Below, one piece after another: positions 54,650 to 64,000 of a stretch of 64,000 nucleotides of DNA. Numbering within the stretch: position 1 is the stretch's first letter; each line of letters opens with the position of its first letter. The translations under genes and the position numbers were made by a program. Origin of the DNA: Candidatus Omnitrophota bacterium (GTDB lineage Bacteria > Omnitrophota > Gorgyraeia > Gygaellales > Profunditerraquicolaceae); contig QNCD01000001.1 of NCBI GenBank assembly GCA_003644385.1, forward strand, positions 598-64,597. Reading direction: 5' to 3'. The notes below the pieces were generated by a model. It saw only the letters and a program-made list of their open reading frames with translations, did no database searches and was not told where the DNA came from.

Positions 54650-56200
54650 CTAATCTTTTTTCCGCCTCCATGCAATCTTAACCAGAATTGCTAATACAGC
54701 AAAAATCAAAACCAGAGCCAAGCGAGTTGCCAGGATAAAAACCCTATTTTCAGCTGAAACGCCTTTCATAAATATAATCGGCAGCCATTCCTGCCAAAAC
54801 CAGGTACCTAAAATTAAAAATAAAAATAAAGGAGTAATATATTTGATTATAAATTTATAAAAAACCGGTATGCGCATATCCGCGCCCTTATGTATCTCAT
54901 CCCAGGCCTTTTCCATGCCGAAAATCCAGGCAAAAAGTATGGTTTCAATCGTAGCAAAAACCACGAGAAAGAATGTTCCTCCCCAAAAATCCAATTCATC
55001 GACTACGCCGTTTTTCAGGAAAAATACCACTGCGTGGCACAATAAAAAGGTGACCGCGCCGAAAATAAATACCGCCTTTTTTCTGCCGATATCAAATTCA
55101 TCCTCCAGGAATGCGATTGCCGGCTGGGCCAGAGAAACCGAAGAAGTCACCCCTGCTAAAAATAAAAGGAAAAACCAGATAAAACTTAATACTTGCGCCC
55201 AGGGTAATTGATTTAAAACTAAAGGCATGGTCACAAAACCTAAGTTAAATACTCCGGACTGAGCAATAGACTGTATATTTTGCGGCCCGAAAAAAACAAA
55301 TGCAGCCGGAATAATGATACTGCCGCCTAGGATAACCTCTGCCATCTCGTTTGTGCTGGCAGCAGTAAGCCCTGATAATGCCACATCATCTCCCTTAGAA
55401 AGATAACTGGTATAAGTAAGGATTACTCCGATACCTACGCTTAAAGTAAAAAATATCTGGCCGGCAGCTTCCAACCAGACCTTTGCCGACTTTAAAGCAG
55501 AAAAATCGGGATTCCACAAGAAACCAAATCCATTAGAAATATTCCATGTAGGCCTGGTTGGATCCGGAGCACCAAGAGTTATCACTCTGAAAAATAAAAC
55601 TAAGCCGAAAATAAATAAAAGCGGCATGGCAATCTTACAAACCTTCTCTATACCTCCGCGAATACCGTAATAAATAACGCTGATATTTAAAATAAAGGTG
55701 AGCAGGAAAAATAGATAAGCACAACCCAAGCCTTTAAAATATTGATTACTTTCTATCCCCTGAAAACCCCTCAAGAAACTTTGCATTGTAGCCTGGTCGG
55801 CGAACCTGCTGTATTTGCCAACCAGATTAAAAAAACTATAAGCCAGCGCCCAGGATTCGATATAAGTGTAATATATAAATATTACTAGGGGCCCGAAAAT
55901 GCCAATTACCCCGAAATACTTGATAAAACGGTTCTTCTGCCAGAGGCTATGGAATATTCCCGGAGCAGTCCCATGTTCAAACCCTCCTCCGAAACGGCCC
56001 AAGGTCCATTCAATCCACATCAGCGGCAGGCCTAATAAAAAGAAAGAAACAAAATAAGGGATCATAAAAGCGCCTCCTCCATTTGAGGCCACTTTAGCGG
56101 GAAACCTTAAAAAATTCCCCAACCCCACCGCAGAGCCCGCCACTGCCATGATTATCCCTAAGCGCGAACCCCAGCTATCCCTTATTTTTAACTTTCCCAT
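54650..56200 (-). CDS. Sodium-dependent transporter (NSS/SNF family)
   Basis: RDSW, AGSAVGLGNFLRFP, GGGAFMIPY, AAGQIFFTLSVG. Confidence 0.95.
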   Translation of the reverse strand: MGKLKIRDSWGSRLGIIMAVAGSAVGLGNFLRFPAKVASNGGGAFMIPYFVSFFLLGLPLMWIEWTLGRFGGGFEHGTAPGIFHSLWQKNRFIKYFGVIGIFGPLVIFIYYTYIESWALAYSFFNLVGKYSRFADQATMQSFLRGFQGIESNQYFKGLGCAYLFFLLTFILNISVIYYGIRGGIEKVCKIAMPLLFIFGLVLFFRVITLGAPDPTRPTWNISNGFGFLWNPDFSALKSAKVWLEAAGQIFFTLSVGIGVILTYTSYLSKGDDVALSGLTAASTNEMAEVILGGSIIIPAAFVFFGPQNIQSIAQSGVFNLGFVTMPLVLNQLPWAQVLSFIWFFLLFLAGVTSSVSLAQPAIAFLEDEFDIGRKKAVFIFGAVTFLLCHAVVFFLKNGVVDELDFWGGTFFLVVFATIETILFAWIFGMEKAWDEIHKGADMRIPVFYKFIIKYITPLFLFLILGTWFWQEWLPIIFMKGVSAENRVFILATRLALVLIFAVLAILVKIAWRRKKD

Positions 56201-56657
56201 AAAATAATTTCTCTGTCCTTTCTAAGCCCTTTGTCACTTCTGGGCTTAATTGCTCTCCGAAATCGATTGTTTTTGGCTGAATAATTAAAATTATTATATC
56301 CGTACTTAAATTACTTTTCAAGTAATTTATCAAAAGTGTTATCGAGGAATTATGGGTAAAAAATAAATTAGTAGTCTCTAAATCTTTACCATCAAATATT
56401 CTGATTTCACCGGGCTTACCCCCAAAATCCAGCGCATCCACAAGTAATATTGTGTCAGGCTCCTCCCTGATAATCTTCTCTAAATAATTTTCCGGGGTTT
56501 GCCCGACATTAAAAACAGAAAAGGGGACTTTATCCTTTATGCGCTCAGCCAGAATCGGCCCCACTCCGTCATCAGAACGCATAGTGTTACCTATGCCTAC
56601 GACTACTACTTTGCCTTTTAAGCGTGAATTTAAATCCATTTCTATAGCTCTAATCAA
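56175..56657 (-). CDS. Hydrogenase maturation endopeptidase (HycI-like)
   Basis: GIGNTMRSDDGVG, TPEN, LVDA, TH, LSPEV. Confidence 0.9.
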   Translation of the reverse strand: MIRAIEMDLNSRLKGKVVVVGIGNTMRSDDGVGPILAERIKDKVPFSVFNVGQTPENYLEKIIREEPDTILLVDALDFGGKPGEIRIFDGKDLETTNLFFTHNSSITLLINYLKSNLSTDIIILIIQPKTIDFGEQLSPEVTKGLERTEKLFYGKVKNKG

Positions 56658-56671
56658 ATTTTAAACTTCTC

Positions 56672-57328
56672 TTATAGGGGTATGCCCAAATCTTTAACTA
56701 CTACCTTACCGCAGTATTTTGGACCATTAGCTACTGTCATACCCCGCTTTATTGCTACGAAGGTTACGGTCTTATCTGCCCTTACGCAACAACCCAAAAC
56801 TTTACCATTATTAGCGTCCAGCCCCGAAGGTATATCCACAGAAAGCACAGGCACTTTTAAGGAATTAACCATCGGGATAATTTCGCGAAAAAGCCCCCTT
56901 ACCTCTCCAGATAATCCTATACCCAAAAGCGCGTCAATAATCAAAGGGTATTTTAAAATTATATTCTTTACTTTCTTCCAATCACCTTCCTTCACCTCTA
57001 TTATCTTTTGTTTCAATTTTAAAAGAATATCTAAGTTTACCTTGGCTTCGTTTTTCACCTCTTGCTTCTTTCCTGCTAAAAAAATAAGCGGCTTTATCCC
57101 TTTAACTAAAAGATGCCGGGCGGCGGCAAAACCATCCCCTGCGTTATTGCCTTTTCCGCAAAATATTGCTACCTTTTTGTCTTTAGCGAGCATTTTCACT
57201 GCTTCCTCGGCAATTTGCCTGGCAGCATTCTCCATTAGTAAAAGGCCGGATATTCCAAACGCTTGCTGGGCCTTTATGTCAATTTCTTTAGCTTTTTGGG
57301 AAGTAATTACCTTAGAATTTCTTACCAT
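56672..57328 (-). CDS. nnrE: NAD(P)H-hydrate epimerase (stand-alone YjeF_N)
   Basis: LMENA, CGKGNNAGDG, IDALLGIG, VDIPSG. Confidence 0.9.
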   Translation of the reverse strand: MVRNSKVITSQKAKEIDIKAQQAFGISGLLLMENAARQIAEEAVKMLAKDKKVAIFCGKGNNAGDGFAAARHLLVKGIKPLIFLAGKKQEVKNEAKVNLDILLKLKQKIIEVKEGDWKKVKNIILKYPLIIDALLGIGLSGEVRGLFREIIPMVNSLKVPVLSVDIPSGLDANNGKVLGCCVRADKTVTFVAIKRGMTVANGPKYCGKVVVKDLGIPL

Positions 57329-57617
57329 GGCGGTAAGGACGGGTCTTATTAAATTCTATTTTTTTAAGCAGAGAACCCTCCAAATCAATGTTTCTTGCTC
57401 CACAATAGTCAAAAATTCTTATGCAGCAATCGGCTAATTCTTCGGCAATAGCGCTTTTTTTGGCGTGATTACGCATTGCCTCTAAGGCCTCGGACAATTC
57501 AGAGTGCATCAGGGCAATAAGCTCGCCTTCGTTTCGCTCCTCTTGCCACCAGCCTTTTTCTTTTGCAATAGCGTGGCATTCTTTAATATAATTTTTTATC
57601 CCCCATTTATCAGACAT
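57312..57617 (-). CDS. MazG-like nucleotide pyrophosphohydrolase
   Basis: LMHSELSEALEA, EELADCCIR, N..RPYRHGK. Confidence 0.85.
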   Translation of the reverse strand: MSDKWGIKNYIKECHAIAKEKGWWQEERNEGELIALMHSELSEALEAMRNHAKKSAIAEELADCCIRIFDYCGARNIDLEGSLLKKIEFNKTRPYRHGKKF

Positions 57618-57634
57618 TTAATCTCTCCTTAAGA

Positions 57635-58051
57635 TTACTGGTTAATATTTTCTTCTAACCTGGAAAACAATTTATCCGAGATTAATTCCCTGGCATAAGT
57701 ACTCGGCGAAGATACCTCTATACGCGTCTTATTCTTATCCTCCTCTGTGAAAAATATCCCCACTGGAGTTGTATCTTCTTCGGAAACGTAAACAGCAACT
57801 AATTTCTTTTCTGCGTCTTTAGCATAAACATAGGCCTTTATATCTTTTAAGATAGCTAAGGTTTTTCCGTAGCACTGTGAGTAGTCATAATTGAAGACTT
57901 TCACTATCGCAGTTTCCTTGTTATCTTCTAAAATACGGGTTGAAACTCCGTAAAAACGCTTAGCCACTTCGCTTAAAGCTGCACAGCCGCACATAAAAAA
58001 AAGGCAAAAAAATAACATGAGCCGAATACCGCTATATTTAATAATTTTCAT
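57635..58051 (-). CDS. Lipoprotein (DUF3568-like fold)
   Basis: Lipobox MCGC; DTTPVGIFF...TRIEVSS. Confidence 0.65.
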   Translation of the reverse strand: MKIIKYSGIRLMLFFCLFFMCGCAALSEVAKRFYGVSTRILEDNKETAIVKVFNYDYSQCYGKTLAILKDIKAYVYAKDAEKKLVAVYVSEEDTTPVGIFFTEEDKNKTRIEVSSPSTYARELISDKLFSRLEENINQ

Positions 58052-58063
58052 ATTCTCACCTCT

Positions 58064-60070
58064 TTATTCGTTTATAATCTGCCGTATTTTATCAAGGTTT
58101 TTGCGCGTTTCTTCTTCTCCTCTTTTAGCGAAATCTTCTGCGCGGTGTAATTCCAGCCAATGTATGCCTCTTAATCCCGGATGTAATACAATGTCGGCTA
58201 ATTGCGCTTCTTTCTTAATCATCTCTGACTGCATAACTTCGATACTGCTGAATATTATACTCAGAATATTTGTTTTAAGCTTACTTTGTAAATAACGCTT
58301 TAAACTAAAAATACTCTTTTTCTTTGTTTTTTCCTCGATAATATCTTTCTTCAACTTTTGGCGTTCACGTAATATATCTTCCCGTGAAGGAGTAACATTT
58401 ACCGCGATGATTTTTCTTGCGCCCATTTTAAATAAAGCCTCCGTAGGAAGCGGGTTAATCACTCCGCCGTCCATAAGCATACCTTCCTGTGCTATAAAAG
58501 GCGCGAATACCCCGGGCATGGAACAACTTGCCATAATCGCATCGCTAAGCAGCCCCTTATCCATGATTTTTGGTTGCTTATGCTTTACGTCCGCGGCGAT
58601 AATCTTTAAAGGAAGTTTGACATCGTGAAATGTTTTACTACCCAAATGTTTTTTAAAGAAAGTGTGCAGCTTCTTACCTTTAAAAAAACCTAGCAAAGGA
58701 AAGGTCCAATCCATTAAGCTCCACATATATTTGGGCTCTTTGAATTCCCTGGTAATTTCTAATATCTCCTGACTGTTCTTGCCTATAGCCCAAAGGCAGG
58801 CAATAAGCGCACCGATGCTGGAGCCGGAAATTACATCAATGGGAATTTTTTCTTCTTCAATAACCTTCAGGACTCCGATATGGCATAAACCGTAGGCAAA
58901 ACCTACCCCTAAAGCCAGACCCACCAGACACTCTCCTATTTGACGGGCAATCCTCCTAATTACCTTGGCATATTCACAATCAGGTTCGTCTAAAACTATC
59001 CTGTCAGCGGCGCCAAATTCTATTTTCGGCAAAGTGGCGAATATAGGATGATTCAATATTGCAAGCTGCTCCTGGCTAGTTAAATCCGCTGACTTATATT
59101 CATTAATAAGTATGCTTATTTTTGCCTTTTCAAACTTAAACCTTCTTTTTAACCTCTCGATTAAATTACAAGTCCTTTTTAAATCCACGGGTTCAGGGCT
59201 AGTCAATATATGGATAAGGTCTGACTGGTTGAGCATATTAAAAACATTACGCTCCATTAAAGAAGGCAAATCCAAAACTATATAGTGGTAATCATTGACT
59301 AAATGGGTTATAATTTCTACTAATTTTCTCACCGAAGTTTCATCTTCGGGTTTATAGCAAAGGCAGACCAAATCCAGGCCGAATTTACTTTTCAACACAA
59401 ATTCGCTCGCCCCGGAGAAATGCGCTGAATTATCTGAAAGATTAAAAATAGAATATTCGCCGTTAAAGCCTAATTTGTTAAAAAGGCTGTGCTGGCTGTC
59501 AGCCGGACAAATGTCCAATATGATTGTCGATTTATGCGTTTCTTTATAAAGGCTTAGGCTCAAATTTAAAGAGTATATGGATTTTCCGGCCTGGGAATAG
59601 GAACTAAAAACAGAAATTACCGTAGATTCAAAAATCGTTTTTTGATGTAACCCCTTGTTTTTTAAGCGGCGGGATAAAGTCCGGCTTAAATCAATTGCCA
59701 GGCGCGGAATTCTTTTTAAAATAATATCAAAGTTTTCTTTGCTAATAACCAAAAGCAGGCAATCGTTTAAAGCCCTGGCGGTTACAGAATGTGATTCGCC
59801 GGTAAGCAAAGATATAATTCCAAAATACTTTCCGCGGTGCAGATATTCTACTATTGTCTCATTTCCCTGTTTATCTCTGGTAAAAACAACCACTCTACCC
59901 AGGATAACGCAAAAAAATGCGTTGGCAGGCGAGTTTTCTTCGTAAATAACCTGGCCCTTTTTAAATTCTAAAAATGCGCTCTTCTGCTTGATTAAATTCT
60001 GTTCCTGGCGGGACAAATCTGCAAATAAGGGGATTTCCTTTAATATTGAATTTTTATTGACTAATTCCAT
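58064..60070 (-). CDS. cNMP-binding plus ParA/MinD-like plus patatin phospholipase fusion
   Basis: IPLFADL...FGIISLLTGE (cNMP); SSYSQAGKS, ILD, YIVLDLP, ILINE (MinD/CpaE-like); GSSIG, ASCSMPGVF, DGG (patatin). Confidence 0.88.
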   Translation of the reverse strand: MELVNKNSILKEIPLFADLSRQEQNLIKQKSAFLEFKKGQVIYEENSPANAFFCVILGRVVVFTRDKQGNETIVEYLHRGKYFGIISLLTGESHSVTARALNDCLLLVISKENFDIILKRIPRLAIDLSRTLSRRLKNKGLHQKTIFESTVISVFSSYSQAGKSIYSLNLSLSLYKETHKSTIILDICPADSQHSLFNKLGFNGEYSIFNLSDNSAHFSGASEFVLKSKFGLDLVCLCYKPEDETSVRKLVEIITHLVNDYHYIVLDLPSLMERNVFNMLNQSDLIHILTSPEPVDLKRTCNLIERLKRRFKFEKAKISILINEYKSADLTSQEQLAILNHPIFATLPKIEFGAADRIVLDEPDCEYAKVIRRIARQIGECLVGLALGVGFAYGLCHIGVLKVIEEEKIPIDVISGSSIGALIACLWAIGKNSQEILEITREFKEPKYMWSLMDWTFPLLGFFKGKKLHTFFKKHLGSKTFHDVKLPLKIIAADVKHKQPKIMDKGLLSDAIMASCSMPGVFAPFIAQEGMLMDGGVINPLPTEALFKMGARKIIAVNVTPSREDILRERQKLKKDIIEEKTKKKSIFSLKRYLQSKLKTNILSIIFSSIEVMQSEMIKKEAQLADIVLHPGLRGIHWLELHRAEDFAKRGEEETRKNLDKIRQIINE

Positions 60071-60146
60071 TTAAGCAAAGCTTATTTCAGGCAAGATAAT
60101 CCTTAGAAAACGGCTAAAATCATTTATATTATTATAACACTTATTT

Positions 60147-61367
60147 CTAAATAAGTTTATTGCTTTTACAAACTTCTGCGTAACGCCTGGCGCTGTCTCT
60201 TACTGTGCGTCTAAAATTACTGTAATCTACTTCAATAAGCCCGAATCGCGGAGTAAAACCTTTATCCCATTCGAAATTGTCCAAAAGAGACCAGTAAATA
60301 TATCCCAGGACTCTAACACCTTTCTTAATCGCCAGATTTAAGCTCTCTAAATGCTCTCTGATGAAACCCCACCTTAAATTATCATCTTCGGTGCAAATAC
60401 CGTTTTCCATAATAAATACCGGAAGTTTATATTTTTTTAATTTTATGAGCAGGGTAAATAAACCTTCGGGATATATATCCCAGCCCAAAAAATTCTTAGG
60501 CAACTTGCTATGTCCGTGCCTACAAACATCCATTAGAAGATTTTTAAAACGCCATTTTTCTACATCTACGAGGCTGCGGTTATAATAATTGATTCCTATA
60601 AAATCTAAAGACCTATGCCTTATTAAATTTTCTACTAAAGAAAAGTTGTAAATCCTGTCTCTTAAATAGGTGGCTAATATATTTTTTAAATTATGGCTGC
60701 AGGGGACAAACGCCTGCATATTATGAGCGATACTGACCGAAGGCTCAATTAAATTATTTCTTTTATAAATATCATGAATAAGCCTATAAGCTTTAATATG
60801 GCAGGATATTAAATTTTTTTCTACCTGTCTTGCCGCGGGAAAAGACATAACCTGGGGCGGCCATTGTCCTAATATATATGAAAAATATATATAAACAATC
60901 GGCTCGTTTATAGTTACCCAAAAACGCACATTTCTACTCAAAGCGATAATAACCTTTTCTATATAGCGCAAAAATAAAGCTACCCCCTTTTTGCTCTGCC
61001 AACCTCCAAGTTGAGCAAACCAAACAGGAGTGGTAAAGTGGTGCAGCGTTACAATAGGTTCAAGCCTACGTTCCTTTAGGGCCTTAATAACCTCTATATA
61101 ATGTTCTAGTTCTTCTTCGCAAAATTGGCCTTCTTGGGGTTCTATACGGCTCCATTCAATGGATAAACGGTGGGCATTATGGCTTAAAGATCGGGCAAGG
61201 TCAAAATCTTCTTTAAAAAGCTGGTAATGGCGGCAGGCTTCACCAGAAACCTCCTCTAACCCAACACTCTTCTCCCACTGCCACCAGTCGCTGTTGGTAT
61301 TATTTCCTTCAACCTGATAAGCAGAAGTAGCTGCACCCCAATAGAAATCTTTAGGAAATTCGAGCAT
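60147..61367 (-). CDS. Glycoside hydrolase family 1 (beta-glucosidase)
   Basis: WGAATSAYQVEG, TINEP, MENG, WSLLDNFEW. Confidence 0.95.
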   Translation of the reverse strand: MLEFPKDFYWGAATSAYQVEGNNTNSDWWQWEKSVGLEEVSGEACRHYQLFKEDFDLARSLSHNAHRLSIEWSRIEPQEGQFCEEELEHYIEVIKALKERRLEPIVTLHHFTTPVWFAQLGGWQSKKGVALFLRYIEKVIIALSRNVRFWVTINEPIVYIYFSYILGQWPPQVMSFPAARQVEKNLISCHIKAYRLIHDIYKRNNLIEPSVSIAHNMQAFVPCSHNLKNILATYLRDRIYNFSLVENLIRHRSLDFIGINYYNRSLVDVEKWRFKNLLMDVCRHGHSKLPKNFLGWDIYPEGLFTLLIKLKKYKLPVFIMENGICTEDDNLRWGFIREHLESLNLAIKKGVRVLGYIYWSLLDNFEWDKGFTPRFGLIEVDYSNFRRTVRDSARRYAEVCKSNKLI

Positions 61368-61454
61368 AATTTTAGGTTATTATAACACCTAAATAAAAAA
61401 ATCCCAACAAAATGTTGGGATCAAGTTTAAAATAAAAAACATCCAAGCCGGATT

Positions 61455-61880
61455 TTATTGTTTAGGCAGGTATTTGCTTAATGCAGAAGTGGTCTGCGGA
61501 CCAACCTTACCATCGACTTTGAGGTTATTGGCTTTCTGAAAATCCTGGACAGCCTTTTTTGTCATCGGTCCGATTTTACCGTCAATTTTACCGTGGTAGT
61601 AACCTGCTTTTTTTAAAGCCTTCTGGATCTGCCTGTTTGTAAGGATAGGCGGCTTGGCAGAAACAGCTGTTTTGGGCTTTAACTCTGCTTCAGATGCAGG
61701 GGCCGATAAAGATTCTTGCTCTTCTTCTGCCAAAGGTAAATTGTTATCAATTAAGCGTTCCAATTCACTCATGGAAACAGGCCCCTCAGGCTGCTCTATG
61801 CGACGCCTTTTGCTTAAGTTAATTAAAATAATAATAAGCAGCAAACCTAAAACTATAAATATGTATTTTTTTGTAGTCAT
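61455..61880 (-). CDS. Membrane-anchored peptidoglycan-binding domain protein
   Basis: IQKALKKAGYY.GKIDGKIGP.T..AV.DFQ...LKVDGKVGP.T. Confidence 0.9.
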   Translation of the reverse strand: MTTKKYIFIVLGLLLIIILINLSKRRRIEQPEGPVSMSELERLIDNNLPLAEEEQESLSAPASEAELKPKTAVSAKPPILTNRQIQKALKKAGYYHGKIDGKIGPMTKKAVQDFQKANNLKVDGKVGPQTTSALSKYLPKQ

Positions 61881-61886
61881 AGTATT

Positions 61887-63083
61887 TTACAAATTCTTGA
61901 TCTTAGGATAAAACAGGTTAAGGCTAAGAAAAAATATAGCACAGATTATTCCGTTTATCAATAGCGCCTGTGATACCCCAAAAACCTGCGCCAAGCTTCC
62001 GGCAAGCAGATTGCCAAAAGGCATGAAGCCGGCAAAAGTAAACATAAATACGCTCATTACCCTGCCTCTGATTTCATCAGTAACAATGCCCTGTAAGATG
62101 GTATTTATCAGTGACACTGCGGTAACGCTACTTGCGCCTATAAATGCCAAACTGATAAAGGAAAAAGCATAATTCCTAGACAAAGAAAGCAAAATTAATG
62201 AAAAGGCGAATATGACCATCGAAATTCCCAGGAGCTTGCCCTTGAATTTAAAATCACCGAGGCCGGCTAAGATCAAAGCTCCTACAACCGCTCCTACCCC
62301 TGAAAAAGACATCAGATATCCTAGGCCGCTTATACCCACTTTCAATATATTATCCGCAAAAACCGGCATTAATATTATATAAGGGATGCCGAATAAGCTG
62401 GAAACCGCAACCATAGACATTAATATTAATATCTGGCGGTTATTTTTTACCGCCGAGAGCCCTTCACACAAGTCCTTTAGAGGGCCGTGGTTTTTATTGT
62501 TTAAGGGATTACCGTTGATCTGAATCAGCGCCAGTGCAATGATCATTGCGGTAAAACTGAAGGCATTTACATAAAAACACCCGCTCATCCCGATAACCGC
62601 CACCAGAATTCCCGCCAATACCGGCCCGATTATCCGGCTGGAATTAAAAGCCACGGAATTTAAAGCTATGGCGTTGAGTAGATTTTTTTTATCGACCAGG
62701 TTGACTACCACTGCCTGACGAGAAGGGGCATCAAAAGCCATGATTATCCCGTTTAATACCGCGATGAACATTATCTGCAGCGGCGTGATTAATCCCCTTT
62801 GGGTCAAAAAAGCCAGCACAAAAGCCATGAGCATAAAAGAAACTTGCGTAACCATAAGGATGACTTTACGGTTAGCCCTATCCGCCATTACTCCTCCGAA
62901 AAGTGAAAGAAAGAAAACCGGTATATGAGTCAGAAAACCTACCAATCCCAGCAAAAATTCGGATTTTGTCAACTGGAACACCAACCAGCTTTGGGCTACT
63001 ATCTGGATCCAGGTGCCGATAAGGGAAATAAACATTCCCAACCAATAGATTCTGAAAGCTTTTAATTTTAGCGAAGAAAACAT
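61887..63083 (-). CDS. MFS transporter (MFS_3-like)
   Basis: SLIGTWIQIVAQSWLV, GGVMADR, NAIALNS, RGRVMS. Confidence 0.9.
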   Translation of the reverse strand: MFSSLKLKAFRIYWLGMFISLIGTWIQIVAQSWLVFQLTKSEFLLGLVGFLTHIPVFFLSLFGGVMADRANRKVILMVTQVSFMLMAFVLAFLTQRGLITPLQIMFIAVLNGIIMAFDAPSRQAVVVNLVDKKNLLNAIALNSVAFNSSRIIGPVLAGILVAVIGMSGCFYVNAFSFTAMIIALALIQINGNPLNNKNHGPLKDLCEGLSAVKNNRQILILMSMVAVSSLFGIPYIILMPVFADNILKVGISGLGYLMSFSGVGAVVGALILAGLGDFKFKGKLLGISMVIFAFSLILLSLSRNYAFSFISLAFIGASSVTAVSLINTILQGIVTDEIRGRVMSVFMFTFAGFMPFGNLLAGSLAQVFGVSQALLINGIICAIFFLSLNLFYPKIKNL

Positions 63084-63104
63084 AATATTTTTTAGGTAAG
63101 CTGA

Positions 63105-63704
63105 CTAAGATTCCAAGATTACCTGACGCCTGCAGCGCGGGCAGAGAATTTTTATGCGGTCAGCACGCTTAAATTCATTTTCTTTTCTTGGCGGGAAGTC
63201 TTCCTTTGGGGATAAACCTAAATTCCTTAAATAAAAGAGCATGAGCGAGGGATTAGAGAAACAAAGGGGCCCGAGTTTCTTGGCTACCCATAAGATCTGA
63301 TCCCGCGGCGCAATTACTTCGCCGCAGCATTCGCAACGTATCAGCTCTTTTTCGATAGTCTGCTTCAAGTCCTCTCTTTTACCGGTGGTAGCCAAGTCAA
63401 ACTCATTGGATAACATGATACCTTTTGCGGTAAGGCAATTTGCCTGACACTGCCCGCAAAAAATACACATATCCCAATGTACGGTTAAAACTCTTTTACC
63501 GTCCTGCTCAACCATTTCTATGGCTTTTGCGGGACAAACCTGAAAACAGGCACCGCAGCCGGTACAGTCTTCTTCATGAAACTCCGGGCGTCCCCTGAAT
63601 CTTTCGAATGGCTTATGAGGCTGGAAAGGAAACTTAGAGGTATAAGGCCCCTTGATTAATGCCGCAATTGCTTCTTTTAATTCGCGAAGTTTAGGTTTTT
63701 TCAT
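63105..63704 (-). CDS. NuoI/HycF/MbhN-like 2x[4Fe-4S] subunit of a membrane-bound hydrogenase or complex-I-like enzyme
   Basis: GPYTSKFP, RFRGRP, CTGCGACFQVCP, CIFCGQC, extra C-terminal Cys pairs. Confidence 0.85.
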   Translation of the reverse strand: MKKPKLRELKEAIAALIKGPYTSKFPFQPHKPFERFRGRPEFHEEDCTGCGACFQVCPAKAIEMVEQDGKRVLTVHWDMCIFCGQCQANCLTAKGIMLSNEFDLATTGKREDLKQTIEKELIRCECCGEVIAPRDQILWVAKKLGPLCFSNPSLMLFYLRNLGLSPKEDFPPRKENEFKRADRIKILCPRCRRQVILES

Positions 63705-64000
63705 TTTTTCTCTTTGGCGTATTCATCGCAAACCGATTCTTTACAAAGCCCTACTCCCATTTTGTGCGCGCTGCGGGAGAGCGCATGTGCAGCTACGGGA
63801 GCAGTTAAGATTAAAAATAAAATGCCTAAAAGGGCTTTTATTCCCGCGGCTGTGAAACCCTTAAATAAAAATAATCCGAAGAGTATACTGCATGTCCCCA
63901 AAGTCACGCTTTTTGTGGAAGCCTGAAGCCGGTTATAGACATCCGGCAGGCGCACCAGGCCCAGGCACCCGAAAAAATCAAAGAATAAACCCACAGTTAT
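63701..64000 (-). CDS. MrpG/MnhG-like antiporter subunit (start probably beyond the window end)
   Basis: GLVRLPDVYNRLQASTK..TLG, LTAPVAAHAL. Confidence 0.9.
   Translation of the reverse strand: MTVGLFFDFFGCLGLVRLPDVYNRLQASTKSVTLGTCSILFGLFLFKGFTAAGIKALLGILFLILTAPVAAHALSRSAHKMGVGLCKESVCDEYAKEKK

Noticed and set aside
57312-60070. CBASS/Pycsar-like defence locus (patatin, cNMP domain, MazG)
   Set aside because: No cyclase is adjacent, composition matches the host, and the genes are embedded among housekeeping genes.

Overview
Gene-dense core chromosome of an LPS-bearing anaerobic bacterium; gene content suggests Candidatus Omnitrophota (inference). Almost all genes are on the - strand. Contents: waaA/xerC/topA/dprA/aroK/spoVG/aroC; a Ski2/HelY-like helicase; a nucleic-acid and nucleotide-turnover cluster (macro-NUDIX fusion, CCA/HD nucleotidyltransferase, YfcE, DUF151, nrdR); tsaC-LMW-phosphatase/rpiB/glyA; purB-L-LOG-F-M-D-E; a six-PAS kinase with its response regulator; eno/ftsB; an FtsH-like protease; purN fused into an rnfCGDEAB operon; a cold-shock gene; a cNMP-ParA-like-patatin protein; a GH1 glycosidase; and the tail of a Mrp/Mbh-type complex. 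There are three tRNAs (fMet, Thr, Phe), two frameshifted pseudogenes (zupT-like, gspG-like) and an integrase-less islet in tRNA-fMet. The most unusual signals are non-coding: (1) a GEMM-I cyclic-dinucleotide riboswitch with the A20 (cGAMP-type) variant, an extended P3 and a terminator; (2) a 227-nt highly structured GC-rich element between purM and purD; (3) short hairpins that copy the acceptor ends of the adjacent tRNAs; (4) families of 7/8-bp tandem repeats found as inverted intergenic arrays and in frame inside topA, purD, purM and the CCA enzyme. No CRISPR array, rRNA or transposase was seen.
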